Assembly (NCBI GenBank): GCA_965153455.1
Contig: OZ234494.1
Location: forward strand, 13,018,801-13,038,800
Reading direction: 5' to 3'
Length of the DNA stretch: 20,000 nt
Source of the DNA: Sphagnum compactum
Lineage: Eukaryota
The position numbers and the translations under genes are program-made. This document shows, one piece after another, positions 1 to 14,543 of this stretch; position 1 is the first letter of the stretch; each line of letters starts with the position of its first letter. The notes below the pieces were generated by a model, which was given only the letters and a program-made list of their open reading frames with translations, was not told where the DNA came from and ran no database searches.

Positions 1-560
1 TAAAAGTTGCATTCGTGCAGGAGTTTCGAATGTTCAGAACCTTAGTTAAAAAAGAAAAAAAACTCCAAATTGCGCCTTCAAAATACCATTGGACATATTT
101 TGAAGTATAGATGTTTAAAGTGCCCTCACATTATCCATTTAAACCTAAAATGCATGAATTATGATCAAAAGAAAGGTCGATCCCAATTTGATTTTTGATC
201 ACAAATCCTTTTAGAGCAGGGGTCAAATCATTTCCAATTAGGGCATACAATACACCATTGGAAAGATGATTTTGAAGTCTATAAAATATTGTTTTGCATG
301 TTCCAAAAAGACTTGATTTGGGGAAAATATGAACGTCCAAAGTTTTGAAACAATAAGAATCCCAATTTTGAGACTTCCACTAGGAAGTCTTGAAAAAAAT
401 TGCCATTTGGATGTAGCCCCCACAAAGAATCATAGAATATATTATAAGGAGGGGAGTGGTGCTTCCTCCCAAAGGTTGTGGGGCTTGTAAAGCTTGTGTT
501 TGTGATTGTCCCTACTAAGTCCGTCACACCACTTGCGTTCAATTTGCATTAACCGCCCTT
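1..560. mobile_element. Degenerate dispersed repeat, possibly a retrotransposon LTR fragment (truncated by the window edge)
   Basis: Non-coding, with an internal imperfect duplication (ataccattggacatattttgaagtata at ~83-109 vs acaccattggaaagatgattttgaagtcta at ~252-281) and a TATAAG followed by a G-rich segment at ~443-460. It resembles high-copy moss LTR-type repeats from memory only. No TG..CA ends, PBS or PPT were identified. Confidence 0.4.
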
Positions 561-739
561 TTCACCATTTGCTTCCTTTTGTATTTCATTTAATTTCTTT
601 GATGTTAATGAAAAATCCATCTCCAAGACCTACATTTTACCTTATGCATATATACACACAATATTAGAATCCAAGTGAATGTCAACCCTACAAACACACA
701 AAAGCCTGGAAATATCAAAAAACTTAATAAGGAACTAAA

Positions 740-2038
740 AGCAACAACCCCACCTTCTTTCATTAACATGTTTTCCACAACTTGCATCTCTGACTATGCG
801 TTTTTCAACTCAATCTAAGCCCTTTGCTTCTTGTCATTAGTAACAAGTCTATCAAAGTTGAAAGCTTTCAACTCCAAATCGATCACTTCCTTTACATCCA
901 TCAACACTTTCAATTTTGCTTCCATGTCAAGAAGTGAAGTTGCACCCATGAAATCTTTCCTTGAACTTGTGTCTACATGACTTCCCAACATAGTAGTTCC
1001 TACGTAAAACACCTTTAAACTCCTTGGGCCATCGATTGCTTCCACCTTTGACTGCAACATTGCATTCTTAACAACTTTGAAATGCGAGGGTGGAAGACCT
1101 ATAATCCTTGCTTGCTCCACTTGAATTTTATTGGTTTTTGTAACATGCCCCACGTAATCAACCTATAAGCCTTTCCACTCTACCAATATACCTCTCACAA
1201 AATACAAAGAAATGGTAGCTACAATACTTGATTTTTGGTGCACAACTAGCCACAAAGATTCAATGCAAGATTTCATCCCAAGGCTCGACCCCTTCAAATA
1301 TTTATATGGATTTTTTCCCTTTTGTGGGCCCCATTGAGCATCGCACTACTCGGTCTTCATGTATTCTTCGTTGTTATCACTTAAAGAATGAAAATTGATC
1401 CCATTGGTAAGGAGCCCAATCATATCTCGAAAGTATTCCCACGATAATGGACTAGAATGCTTGAATATTTTTGTGGATTGGCTACCAAGAAATTCCATAT
1501 TTTCACTTGCTGCAAAAAAAGAAAAACCTTTTAATAATACTCTACAATTATTGAGACTACATCTGATACAAGGTGTTGTTGTGAAACAATTTCGTAGTGT
1601 TTCCACATGTTTCTCAATCGTGAAGCTTCAGGGATCCTTTACCCATGCAAAATTTGGCATTAGTAGTCCTGCCTCTAAGATTTTTGTAAATCGTCCGTCA
1701 TTGATTACAATCCAACCTTTAAACTCTAAATGTGTTATGGAAGCCTTTCAAAACTGACCACATCACAAATCCAAATAGTTTTCCACACCACTATTGATGA
1801 CTCCCCATAGCTCAATGTCCTCATAAATGTTCACATGGCTTTGTTTCATGCATTGAATCGGAAAACACCACCATTCCAATCCCACTACTACTTTGTACAA
1901 AGAGTTTTTTTTGTTAAGGGCTAAGAAACTAGGTATACCAAATTCCATTGTGAGGTGGCAAAAAGTCATTAGTTGATAATCATTGGTGACCTCCAATACT
2001 AGGTGAACTTGCTTGGTTATCGAACTAGTTAGGATTTC
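740..2038 (-). pseudogene. Decayed ~430-codon ORF of unknown family, probably transposon-derived
   Basis: The ORF-track entries 1763-1996, 1346-1606, 815-1153 and 605-787 all lie in the same minus-strand frame. The gaps between them translate without frameshift, and there are only 7 internal stops (TGA at 1763, 1748, 1628; TAG at 1346, 1163, 815, 794). Confidence 0.6.
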
Positions 2039-2309
2039 CTATTATTGCATGTATTTATTTGCCCAACAAAAGAAGACAATCTTTTTTAATTCCTTGGACC
2101 CCTTAATGAAACTAGAACCCTTTCTTAATTTCAATCAATTTTTTTTTCCTACTATGATTGTCCACATTTTGGGGGCATTTTGAAATATAAAAAAATATTG
2201 AATATATGATCATTTTGTAGACACCCTAAAAAAGTGACACCCCATTGTATATTAACTGTTTTGGAGCTTTACTTGCAAAGCAATCTAGTTGTCACATACA
2301 TGATTTCTC

Positions 2310-2480
2310 ATAGTGTAGCCTATTTAATTAGGTAGCCTAGTCTAATTATATAGGTGGCCTTAACTAACTTAGGTAGGTAGCCTCACTTAGCTTGCAAGGT
2401 GTTAAGTTTCCTAGCCTAACTTTAAATTGCTAGGTAATTAGGAAGCTTCACCTATTGTAACTTAGGTAGGTATCTAGGTT
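2310..2480. repeat. Low-complexity TAGGTAG / AGCCTA motif cluster
   Basis: Repeated tagcctat, aggtagcctag, aggtggcctt, acttaggtaggtagcctc, ctagcctaac, ctaggtaattagg, acttaggtaggtatctagg. Confidence 0.55.
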
Positions 2481-5400
2481 AAAATCTAATCACATAGTTG
2501 TAATACAATCACAATATAGTCACAATGATGACAAAAGGTATATGACTAAATTGAACATAGGATTAAATGACTAGAACCAAGACACAAAACCATTAAATGT
2601 TTTAATCATGAAAGACACATTTCAACATTGTGCAATCAACATTTAATGTTTAACTTAATATACATAGGAGGCCCATGCCTTCTCCACCCCCCGTGTCCCA
2701 ATGAAACTTAACAAAAGATGACCCTTTTACCCTAATCCAAACAATTTAAAGACAAAAGTCATATTAAGAAAAAAACCTAAATTAATAATCATATTTGAAC
2801 AAAGGGACTCAACCCTAATCACTGCCTATATATATATAATGAGTGGCTATGGGTAACATGCGCAATAGCCCATTCACATGAAACAATTAACATACAAACA
2901 CAAAGACATAAAGTCACAACAATTAATAATTAACTTTGTGTGACAACATTTCCATTGTTTGTTTTGATGACTTAATTTTCCAAAGTAAACACAAGGAAAC
3001 AATCATGGCTTTGTCATGAAGGCTTTTGAATGAACACAATACATGTTGGCTCTTTTTAAGAATTAAATTATGCTTATAATGTGAAAGTCTTTTATTCTAT
3101 TTACAATTTCATGGCATGATGCATAATTTATGTCAATTCATAATAATGAACTAAATGAAGTGAAGATTGTAAACCATTAATGATGCATTTTGGTTACAAA
3201 TGACAAGGATTGAAACAACAACACCCAAGGTAATAAGTTGGTAAATCTAATGAATATAGTAACACCACCAATTAATCCAATACCTCATGAAGAAAATTGA
3301 TCTCTAGGATTGGACTTACCATTTAGATTTGTAAATAGCAATCCCCTCCCAAAAGTTCATGGGATATTCAACAATGTCCCCAAACAATATATCATATACT
3401 ATCACAACACATTAGCTTGAACACAATTTGTGAATTGATCATGAGGGTGATTAGGGCTCAATTACATGAAATGTTGGTTTTTGTAAGCTCTTGAACTCTT
3501 CTTAATGCACCCATCTATGTTTACATTTTGATATAGGAATGGTTTAAAACATCATTAATCATGTCAAAACCTTGAAATTTTGTTTGAACTTTGGCCCAAT
3601 GTCATTAGTTGAACACTAGAATTCAATAAAACTCTCGTGGCAAAATGCTTGCCCATGCCCATGCTTCTTGAGTTGAAAAGTAACTCATCCAATGTGGACA
3701 TGACAATGAGACCAAGAATAGGTGATATTGAGGCGCTTGCCCTTTTTTCAATTTCAATTATCATACCTTAGGATTATAAACTTGAGGTTTGAAAGAGCCT
3801 CAATGAACATTCTAATGGACCATATATAGTGGACTAAAAAACATTGAAACCCATGAATCTAGTGGTGGATTGTAGAATTTCAACAAACATGCATTCAAGT
3901 TGTATCAAGATGATCCAGTTGTATGTAATTGAAAAGCCTTTGAATGGATAACATGAAAAAAACTATATTAAAATGTTTTTCCAATATTTTGATAACACGC
4001 ACAAAAAATATATATTAACATGTTCAAATTATAATTTTCTTAAATTTTAACTTTGCAAAATGTTTGTATGATTCATTTGAAAGAAGTGCATTCTAGTTTT
4101 GAATGTGTACATGGGTTTATACATTATAACTCAAAGGTGGTGAAGATCCTATCATGAACAAGTTAATGTGTTTTTGTTTGCAATTGTTGTGAACATGTTT
4201 TATCATTTGGTCTTGCAATTTTTATTTTGTTTGTTTCTGAACATTACTTGGATTTGTATATTGGGTTTCATTGAAGTTTAAGGAATGGAGCTTGATGATA
4301 GACCCTACCAAAAAATCAAAAAGTTATTTGTGAATTTATATGGGACAAGTTGATTCCCATCTATTTTAGTATAAGGCATAAATGCAATTGATATTCGTTC
4401 ATGTAAAAATGTAGTATGTCATCTTAAAATATTGAACATTATCACACATATTTAAGGATGTTTAACAATGTGTTTCCAATCATAGATTGTGATCTCTTAT
4501 TAACTAGCATTAAAGTTACAACTACTTATTCAATGTTGTTATGATTTATCACGATGGAAAGGACGTACCCAATGTCAAAGGGCAAAAGTTATTCTCTTGC
4601 CTTCTTCAATTCAAATTTTTTTTTAAAAAAAATTGCCATTCGACTTTTACTTCCTATCCTTGCGTGTTGTAGTTGCATGTGGCAAAACTACTCAAAGCAA
4701 ACATTACTTTTCACTTCAATTACAAAATATAACTCGTTTGTTTTTATTATCATAGACACAAGCTTACTTCAAATACAATGTATAAGAAGGTTTTTGAACT
4801 TAAGATTTAATTGACGCAAAACCAAAAGCTTGAAAACATATAAAAGTATAAGAATCTCAAACTATATGACAAGAGGCCCATTTACATTAAATTTTCCTCA
4901 AATCTAGAATACTATTATCATGCCAAGGAATAGTTGATCAACCTTGCTTGCAAGTTACAAGGGTGTATCCTCTCAATTAATGGCTTGTGGTGAATCACTA
5001 GTGCTATTCTAGTTAATTATCCATGTCATGGGTTCATCACCAACTTCGAAGATTAAAATATAAACCCCAAAATAAACCATTTTCAATTTTTTGCCCATCT
5101 TCTTTTTAACCGCCAATGCCCATTAAAATATAAATTGACATTTTGACCACATATTGTTGTTGTGCAACACAAATTTACAATGTCTAAATTGTTTAGTTAC
5201 AAATTGGACCATAACCTTATAATCAAGTGTGGACATTACAAACTTGTAATGTTACAACACTAATCCCTATGAGCAATGAAAAAAAAAGAGCTTTTGACTT
5301 TCATTGCAATGAACATGATAATGAAGAAGAAAAAAAGAAAAACAAATGAACATAAGAAAATGTTATGATGCATGTCACAAATGTTGTTTGTATCCTCACA

Positions 5401-6200
5401 TCAAAATGAAAGAAATGAAATTCACATTTGACAAGTTCACGATTAACAAATGCTTACTCTCATGACATGAAACAAAGATAGAAATGAGATAGAGATAATA
5501 TGTAACTCTAAAAATTGTAAACATGAAACAAATTGAAAGATAATTCTAAAAATAACATAAGAAATATGTCATTAAAATGGGTCTAATAATGTCTTCAACA
5601 ATGTTATGATTAACATTGTTGCACAAACTATCTCTAAATGTGGCCCTACCTTAAATAAGCATACTTTCCCTCAAAGAGTAGCAATAAGATCCGTTGTCCA
5701 TTTGAGTGGGATATATTTGAGTAAATTGTCTTTCAGGCTTAAATTCTGTTGCCAGATTACCAAAAAGGATATTCCAAAAATGAAAGGGAAAAAAAAAGTC
5801 ACCAAATTTTTGTGTCATGATCCAGTATCAATAGCAGCCAACTATATAGAAAAATGCTTAGAATTTTTAATATCAAAATTCTTTCATAGCCAAATTTGGC
5901 TATTTTTTTAAATTTTATTTATTTACTACGGATGATTTTCCACCTTATGTACTACATTACAAATTTGTGAAAAGAAGAAGCTCTAGTGATGCACATAAAG
6001 TGACCCCCACAAAAGTACGATAAGGAAGAAAATCCGTTCGGACACAATAATAATATTTTGGTAAGGAAAAGATTCGGAAAATCAATGCCCAGGAAAGGCC
6101 AGGGCGAACTTAGCACCTACACCGGTACCTTCACCAGACCCAAAAAAAAAAGAAAAAAAATGGGCCATTTGGTACAAGACTTTCTTAAAGCCAGGTGCTA

Positions 6201-6290
6201 TTGGGAACACCCTTGGGGAACACACTGAGAACCTAGAGAACATATTGGGAACCTGATTGGAACCCATTGGGAACTTGAAGGGAACACTCC
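6201..6290. repeat. Short tandem array of (T)TGGGAAC-like units
   Basis: ttgggaacac ccttggggaacac actgagaacc tagagaacat attgggaacc tgattggaaccc attgggaact tgaagggaacac: ~8 units of 10-13 bp. Confidence 0.7.
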
Positions 6291-6382
6291 CTCCACCCCA
6301 AACTGAAAAGGAAAAAGATCAAGGCACTTTGAGTGCATGCTGAGCCTTCCCATTGGCTGCATGAAATTTCCATGTTTTGTGA

Positions 6383-6770
6383 ATTGGGCTGAAGCATGCA
6401 ATCATCTCTCTCTATGTCGCTGTCTCTGTCTCTCTAATGTTTTGCTTTTGCAAATTGGGCTGAAACTTGCAGTCATCACTTACAATTGTTTTTGCCAATG
6501 ACTTTGTTGTTAACTCTCGCTGTTGTTGCAAGCTTGCAATTATATCTTCTCTCTACTGTTTTACTTTTGCCAATCGTGCTGAAGCTTGCAATGATCTCTC
6601 TCTCTCATCAATGTTTTGTTCTTGCCAATTGGGCTGAAGCTTGCAATGATCGTTCACTGATCAATGTCTGTTTTTGTTGATTGGACTGAAGCTTGCAATG
6701 ATCTCTCTCGGTTGTTTGCTTTTGCCAATTGGGTCTGAAACAGATTGCAATTACTCTCTTTCCGATGTTT
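6383..6770. repeat. Degenerate minisatellite, ~7 units of ~50 bp
   Basis: Recurrent core (CCA)ATTGGGCTGAAGCTTGCAATGATCTCTCTC...TGTTTTG at ~6383, 6454, (6528 partial), 6573, 6628, 6680 and 6728. Confidence 0.85.
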
Positions 6771-6959
6771 GTTGTTATGCTCCATTGTAAGCGCTGAATG
6801 CCTGTTTCAACTGTAAGAGAATTCTCATTGAAGTGTCTCTAGTAAAAAGTGGCTAAAGAGATTCTTCCAAAGACTAACTATTGCGCATCATGTACCGTAG
6901 AAGAACAAGACAAAGGAACAGTTTTTGTGCGTGGTCTGGATCATCATCATCATCCTCCA

Positions 6960-7347
6960 TTATGGACAGCAGCTGTGGCCCACAAATCGCTTTCAAGAAT
7001 GGAAAGGAAGTGAACGCCTATGATGATTCTTCCGTGGATTTTTCTGCTGAACCTAACTTCTCAAAACTTGGTAAAGATTTCACAGAGGAGTTGGGGTCTA
7101 ATCTCGAACCCTGACACATTGGATCCATTAGCCTTCTTCTTCGTCTTCCGCTTGCATTCGTAGTCGCTCTCTTCTCGAGCTTCTTGGCTTGCAGATCTGC
7201 TGCTCTAGGGTTTGCTTATTCCGTCGTCTAGTTGTGGCCTTTTTGTTTGTTTGTTTGTTTGTTGCGCATCCATCGGTGCTGGCGGACATCGAGGCGTCTG
7301 GGGAGTTGTGAGGGAGGGAGGCAGGCAGAAAAAAGGAAGCGAGGGCC
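6960..7347 (+). promoter_or_regulatory. Promoter / 5'-UTR region of RPN3 with site II-like and telo-box motifs
   Basis: GGCCCA (site II, TGGGCC on -) at 6977-6982, a CT-rich tract at 7132-7180, and CTAGGGTTT (telo-box AAACCCTAG on -) at 7205-7213. This motif combination is common upstream of plant housekeeping genes. The motifs are short, so function is not proven. Confidence 0.45.
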
Positions 7348-10300
7348 ATGGGTTTGGACGTCGAAATGAAGACAGTAGTAGAGCTTGCAGCAGCTGCTCC
7401 CTCTCCTCTCATCCGTAAGTCGGGGAGGGCTCTCTCTCTTTCGCTTCCTGTCTGTGTCTTTACTTCTCTCGTTTTGCCCCGCTGATGATGCTGGCTGCTG
7501 CGGCTCTGGAAAGCCGACCGGGATCCTGCGCTCTACTTACAACGGCTTTTATGAAATGTTGCTCGGAAGCGGTGGTGGATCGCTTTGTTTGTTCAGTCTG
7601 TATTGTTGTTGAGTGCGGTAAAGTTTCTCAAGGATCTCATCAGTCTTGGGGATGAAGGAATCGGGAACTCTGAGCCATGGGTGTATAGAACTTGGTTGTG
7701 GTGGGAACTAAAGAAATGTCTGTGGAGATAGGGTAGCAAGTGTACACCACAGGCTGAGTGGGGTTTTTTTTCTTCCTTTTCTTCTTTTTGCCTGGGGTGC
7801 AGATCTGAAGGGGATCATCACATTGATAGAAAAGGGTGTTACTAAGAAGGAAATGCGGCTCATGGCGCGTGCAATTCGCCAGATGTTGGCTGTCCGACAC
7901 AGATTGAAAGCATCCACTGTATCTTCATTTCTGAAATATGCACTTCCAACTAGCTCTGAAGCTCTGTCTCGGCTTCTAAGCTTTGTGGCCAAGGTATGGA
8001 TGGCAACACAATGTGCTTGATGTGCACAGAGAGAAAGGAGCCTACAGATTGCGCAAATATTTATCTGACTGATTGCAAGTTTGCAGGTGGAAATGGGGGA
8101 GGCAAGCATGGAGGTGGACACACCTTCACCTCCATCATCAACATCTCAGTCACAACCTTCATATAAGCAATCAGTTTCACCTGAACTTGAGAGCTTCTCC
8201 TACTTGCTGGTCATCATCTTCTTGATTGATCATAAGCACTTGGAGGATGTTTGTCTCTTCACCTGCACTTTTTGAGCTGCTGCATTTCTTCTCCTTGTGC
8301 ACATTGTGACTAGAGTAGTAAGATCATTTTGTCTTCAATGGAGCACCCAACTTTGAGACCGTGGTGATACATCCGCAGAAAAAGTAATCACAAATTTCAA
8401 CCCTGTTTGAAACTGTTGTGTTCTCATACTTGATTTGGTACAATGAGGATAGAATACTGTATGAAGACTGAGTTTTATGGGTATGGTGTAATAGGCGAAA
8501 CTCTGCTCATCAGCTGCAATCAAAAGATTGCAGCAATTCAATCGACGGACGCTTGATGTTTTGGCAGCACGACTTTACTACTATTACTCCTTGAGCTATG
8601 AGCGCACTGACTCTCTTGCTGATATTAGAGGGTAAGGGTTCTGATGAAGCTCAGGAGAAAAAACAACTCATCTGTTTTAGGGTTACTTTAAATCTGGAAC
8701 ATCCTTCATGAAGCTTTTTTTGATTTGTTTGTACTTGACAAGTGCTAGTTTCTTCTCTGATTTTTCTTCATTTATCAGGACATTGCTTGCCTTGCATCAA
8801 ACAGCAACTCTACGACATGATGAATTAGGACAGGTGTGTTTGCCTCTCCAAGCTGTTTGATTGCTTGGTCTGTCCCCATGCATCACAACTGTATGAGAGT
8901 GTTGCAATTTGTTATTGCATGGGTCCGAATGTGTAATCCCCAATTAAAAGTGTCAGATTAAATTGGTTCCTAGTGTAAGAGGATTTGAAACTAGGTATGG
9001 CTCTGGTGCTCTTCGATATCCATGTCAAGACCAATTGATTGCATGACTTCGTATTTTGATTGACTCTAGTGGGTTTCTGCATCAATGGAGGGTGGTTAAG
9101 ATTATTTCCAGCATCTCTGGTTTTGTATAAAATGTTGGTAAAGTTTTTCACCCTCTGTCTGGCGTAGTATTAGAGTACATGCCTGACTCAACCCCAATAC
9201 GAGTCAGTGTTTTTCTGGGGCTGGAGCAGGAGACACTTTTGAATTTGTTGTTGCGAAATTATTTGCACTATAACCTGTATGACCAGGCTGAGAAACTCCG
9301 ATCAAAGACCCTGCGCTCAGATTCTCACTCCAATCAACAGGTAAATTCTAGGAGAAGATCCTTGCACCCATGCAGATCCTTGTACCTGTGCTGTGTAGTC
9401 CAATATTTTCATAGCAGGTTATGGTTGGTAGCCATGTCACATCCAGGTGGTTACTTGTTATGAGTAAATCAAGATGATGAATTTGGCATTTCTGGGTTAT
9501 GTAGATGTGCCGGTATTTGTATTACCTGGGAAGAATTCGAACCATTCAACTGGAATACACAGATGCTAAGGAATGTTTACTGCAAGCTGCCCGCAAGGCT
9601 CCATCAAGTGCCAGAGGTTTTCGAATCCAATGTACCAAGTGGGCAGCTATTGTCCGTCTTCTCTTGGGAGAGATTCCAGAACGCACAACTTTCATGCAAC
9701 AGGGCATGCGCAAAGCTCTCCTTCCCTACTTTGAGCTCACCAATGTATGCCTATCCATACTTGACCTTGAATAGTTTTCCTTGCTTCTTATTGAACAGGC
9801 TTTTCCTTATTTTGGAAAGTTACTTATTGTTAGGGGGCTCATGGCAGGCTGTGAGAATTGGAGATCTGGAGCTCTTCCGTGCAGTTGCAGATAAGAATGC
9901 AAATGTGTTTTATACAGACAAAACTCACAACCTGATTGTACGCCTACGACATAATGTCATCAGGAGTGGCCTTTGCAACATCAGCATCTCATATTCCTAT
10001 ATCTCACTCAGGGACGTGGCACTGAAATTGCACTTGGATTCAGCAACTGCTGTTGCTGATGCTGAGAGCATAGTGACTAAAGCCATTTGGGATGGGGGCA
10101 TTGATGCCAGTGTTGATCACAGCAAGGGTTGGATGAAATCAAAGGCAACTGGAGATATTTATTCGACACAGGTAAGAAAATTTCATAAAAGTTGCAGTCG
10201 ATGGGGAATCTTTGTTGGAAGGTTGGTATTCTAGATGATCTTCAGATCAGTTGCTGTTAGGTGGCTCTTGCTTCTAGCATTACTCTATTCTGTCAGTGTC

Positions 10301-10521
10301 TGAAATTTCCAGACTGGGGTTGGATCTCACAGGAGCCTCAGCAGGCATTCCATTCTCGTATTGCATTTTGCCTTAATACTCATAATGAAGCTGTGAAAGC
10401 TTTGAGGTTCCCTCCAGATGCTCATAAGAAAGAGCTGGAGAGTTCTGAGAAGCGACGGGAGCGTCAGCAACAAGAACTGGAACTTGGAAAACACATAGCT
10501 GAAGAAGATGATGAGTTCTAG
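7348..10521 (+). CDS. RPN3: 26S proteasome non-ATPase regulatory subunit 3 (lid subunit RPN3/PSMD3), 9 coding exons, 491 aa
   Basis: Exons joined manually, all introns GT..AG: 7348-7414, 7803-7993, 8087-8248, 8495-8631, 8779-8833, 9230-9340, 9505-9744, 9848-10171, 10333-10521 (1476 nt, in frame, TAG). The translation MGLDVEMK...[12 protein letters not shown]...[21 protein letters not shown]...[34 protein letters not shown]...[28 protein letters not shown]...[11 protein letters not shown]...[17 protein letters not shown]...[13 protein letters not shown]...[28 protein letters not shown]...AEEDDEF matches plant RPN3 (PCI domain plus Rpn3 C-terminal helix) as recalled. Confidence 0.96.
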
Positions 10522-11247
10522 GCTTACTTTTCTTTATTGGAGGCAGTTTTTGCCTATAGAGACTACCAAACAACATAAGGATGTCACAGATTTGAGTGGA
10601 GTTCAAACTTGTCCCTGTTTGAATGGTGGAAGGTTAGAACAGCTCAAAAGGTTATGGGCAAGGAACAGAGCATGAACATCACATAGTCACAAAGAAGCTG
10701 CTCATCCTACCAATCATGACAGTGTGGGCAATGAATTGTACTTCAAAAGGTACTTAGTGACTTTTGCACCTACAATCAGAAGTATTCTTTGTGCCAGACT
10801 ACAAAACACTTCGCTTTGCATTTTGATTCTACAGGAAGTAGCAGCTATCAAGAAGTTCCAAACATTCAGTCGTGCATATTCTTGCATATTGTTCTAAGTG
10901 ATCCCCAAACTTTCTTTTAAACTGCTAAACATGATCAAGCATCAAGGCCGGGAATATTCTTTGAACCTCATCCTTTCACCAAGGGGATTGTAGGTAGGAG
11001 AGAAAAACCTAAGGCCCTTGAAAAATAATTACCCAAAAGGCACATTACTAATTTCATCTTTCTTCATGGTCATTCACCGCCAATTCCCCCTCCATGCAAA
11101 AACAATACAACTGGAATGACAAGTGGAGTCTGTCTCTTGAAGCTGCCCCTCAAGTCACACAGGGTTTCAATTAATGCCCTGCATGCTTTGCCAGCCGTCA
11201 ATCACAGCTCTAAAAACCACAAACCTGCTGGTTCTCTTGGTCCAAGA

Positions 11248-14105
<2,858 letters not shown>

Positions 14106-14156
14106 CTCCTCCCCTTCTTAACTCTTTTTTACGCAAACACAAAAATCCCGCTGCTG

Positions 14157-14543
14157 CTGCAGTCTCACAGAAGACTACACGACCGTTGCCTGACGAACTA
14201 ACTGCACACGGAAAGCTAATAGTGTAGAGTCAAAACATGAGTACACACTGGTCCAATTGCTTTACCAGAGAGCGAGAAAAAAGGAAATTAAACTGCAGCA
14301 GCATTTGCTTCGAGACATCATCAATCAACACACTCCAAAAAGGAAAGGAAAGGAGAACACGTAACAAAAGCGAAAGATTGAGAAAGAGGATGATGTCAGT
14401 CACACACAACTGAAACGCAATTTCACGAAAGTGCTTCAATTTCCAAGGAGCAAGCAAATGCCACAAGACATTATTATATACTGTGCAGCAGCACTGAACT
14501 AGTTCGCACCCCGCCCGATCCACGCGTTTCTGTGCCTACTTAC
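14157..14543 (-). other. Probable 5'-UTR intron of the RabE gene
   Basis: Consensus donor AG|GTAAGT on - at 14543. The interior is U-rich. The acceptor TGCAG at 14157 is followed by two further CAGs, ~50 nt upstream of the ATG. No transcript evidence. Confidence 0.6.

Noticed and set aside
1395..1757. 120-aa + ORF
   Set aside because: Antisense shadow of the decayed minus-strand ORF, with no independent support.
2900..5600. Possible degenerate coding or TE remnants (e.g. ORFs 3564-3764 and 4554-4814)
   Set aside because: No recognisable motif, no sustained frame and no termini found by eye. Left unannotated.
6383..6770. CRISPR-like appearance (conserved ~28-bp core with variable linkers)
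   Set aside because: The cores are degenerate, the linkers resemble each other (CT-rich then TGTTTTG), spacing is irregular, there are no cas genes, and the context is eukaryotic. It is a minisatellite.
9974..10090. RNA editing (U-to-C) as an explanation for the Arg>Cys/Trp changes in RPN3
   Set aside because: Such editing is organellar in plants, this is an intron-containing nuclear gene, and Arg>Tyr would also need an A-to-G change.
9563..10234. 223-aa ORF as a standalone gene
   Set aside because: It is RPN3 exon 8 plus read-through of intron 7 and an alternative frame of exon 7.
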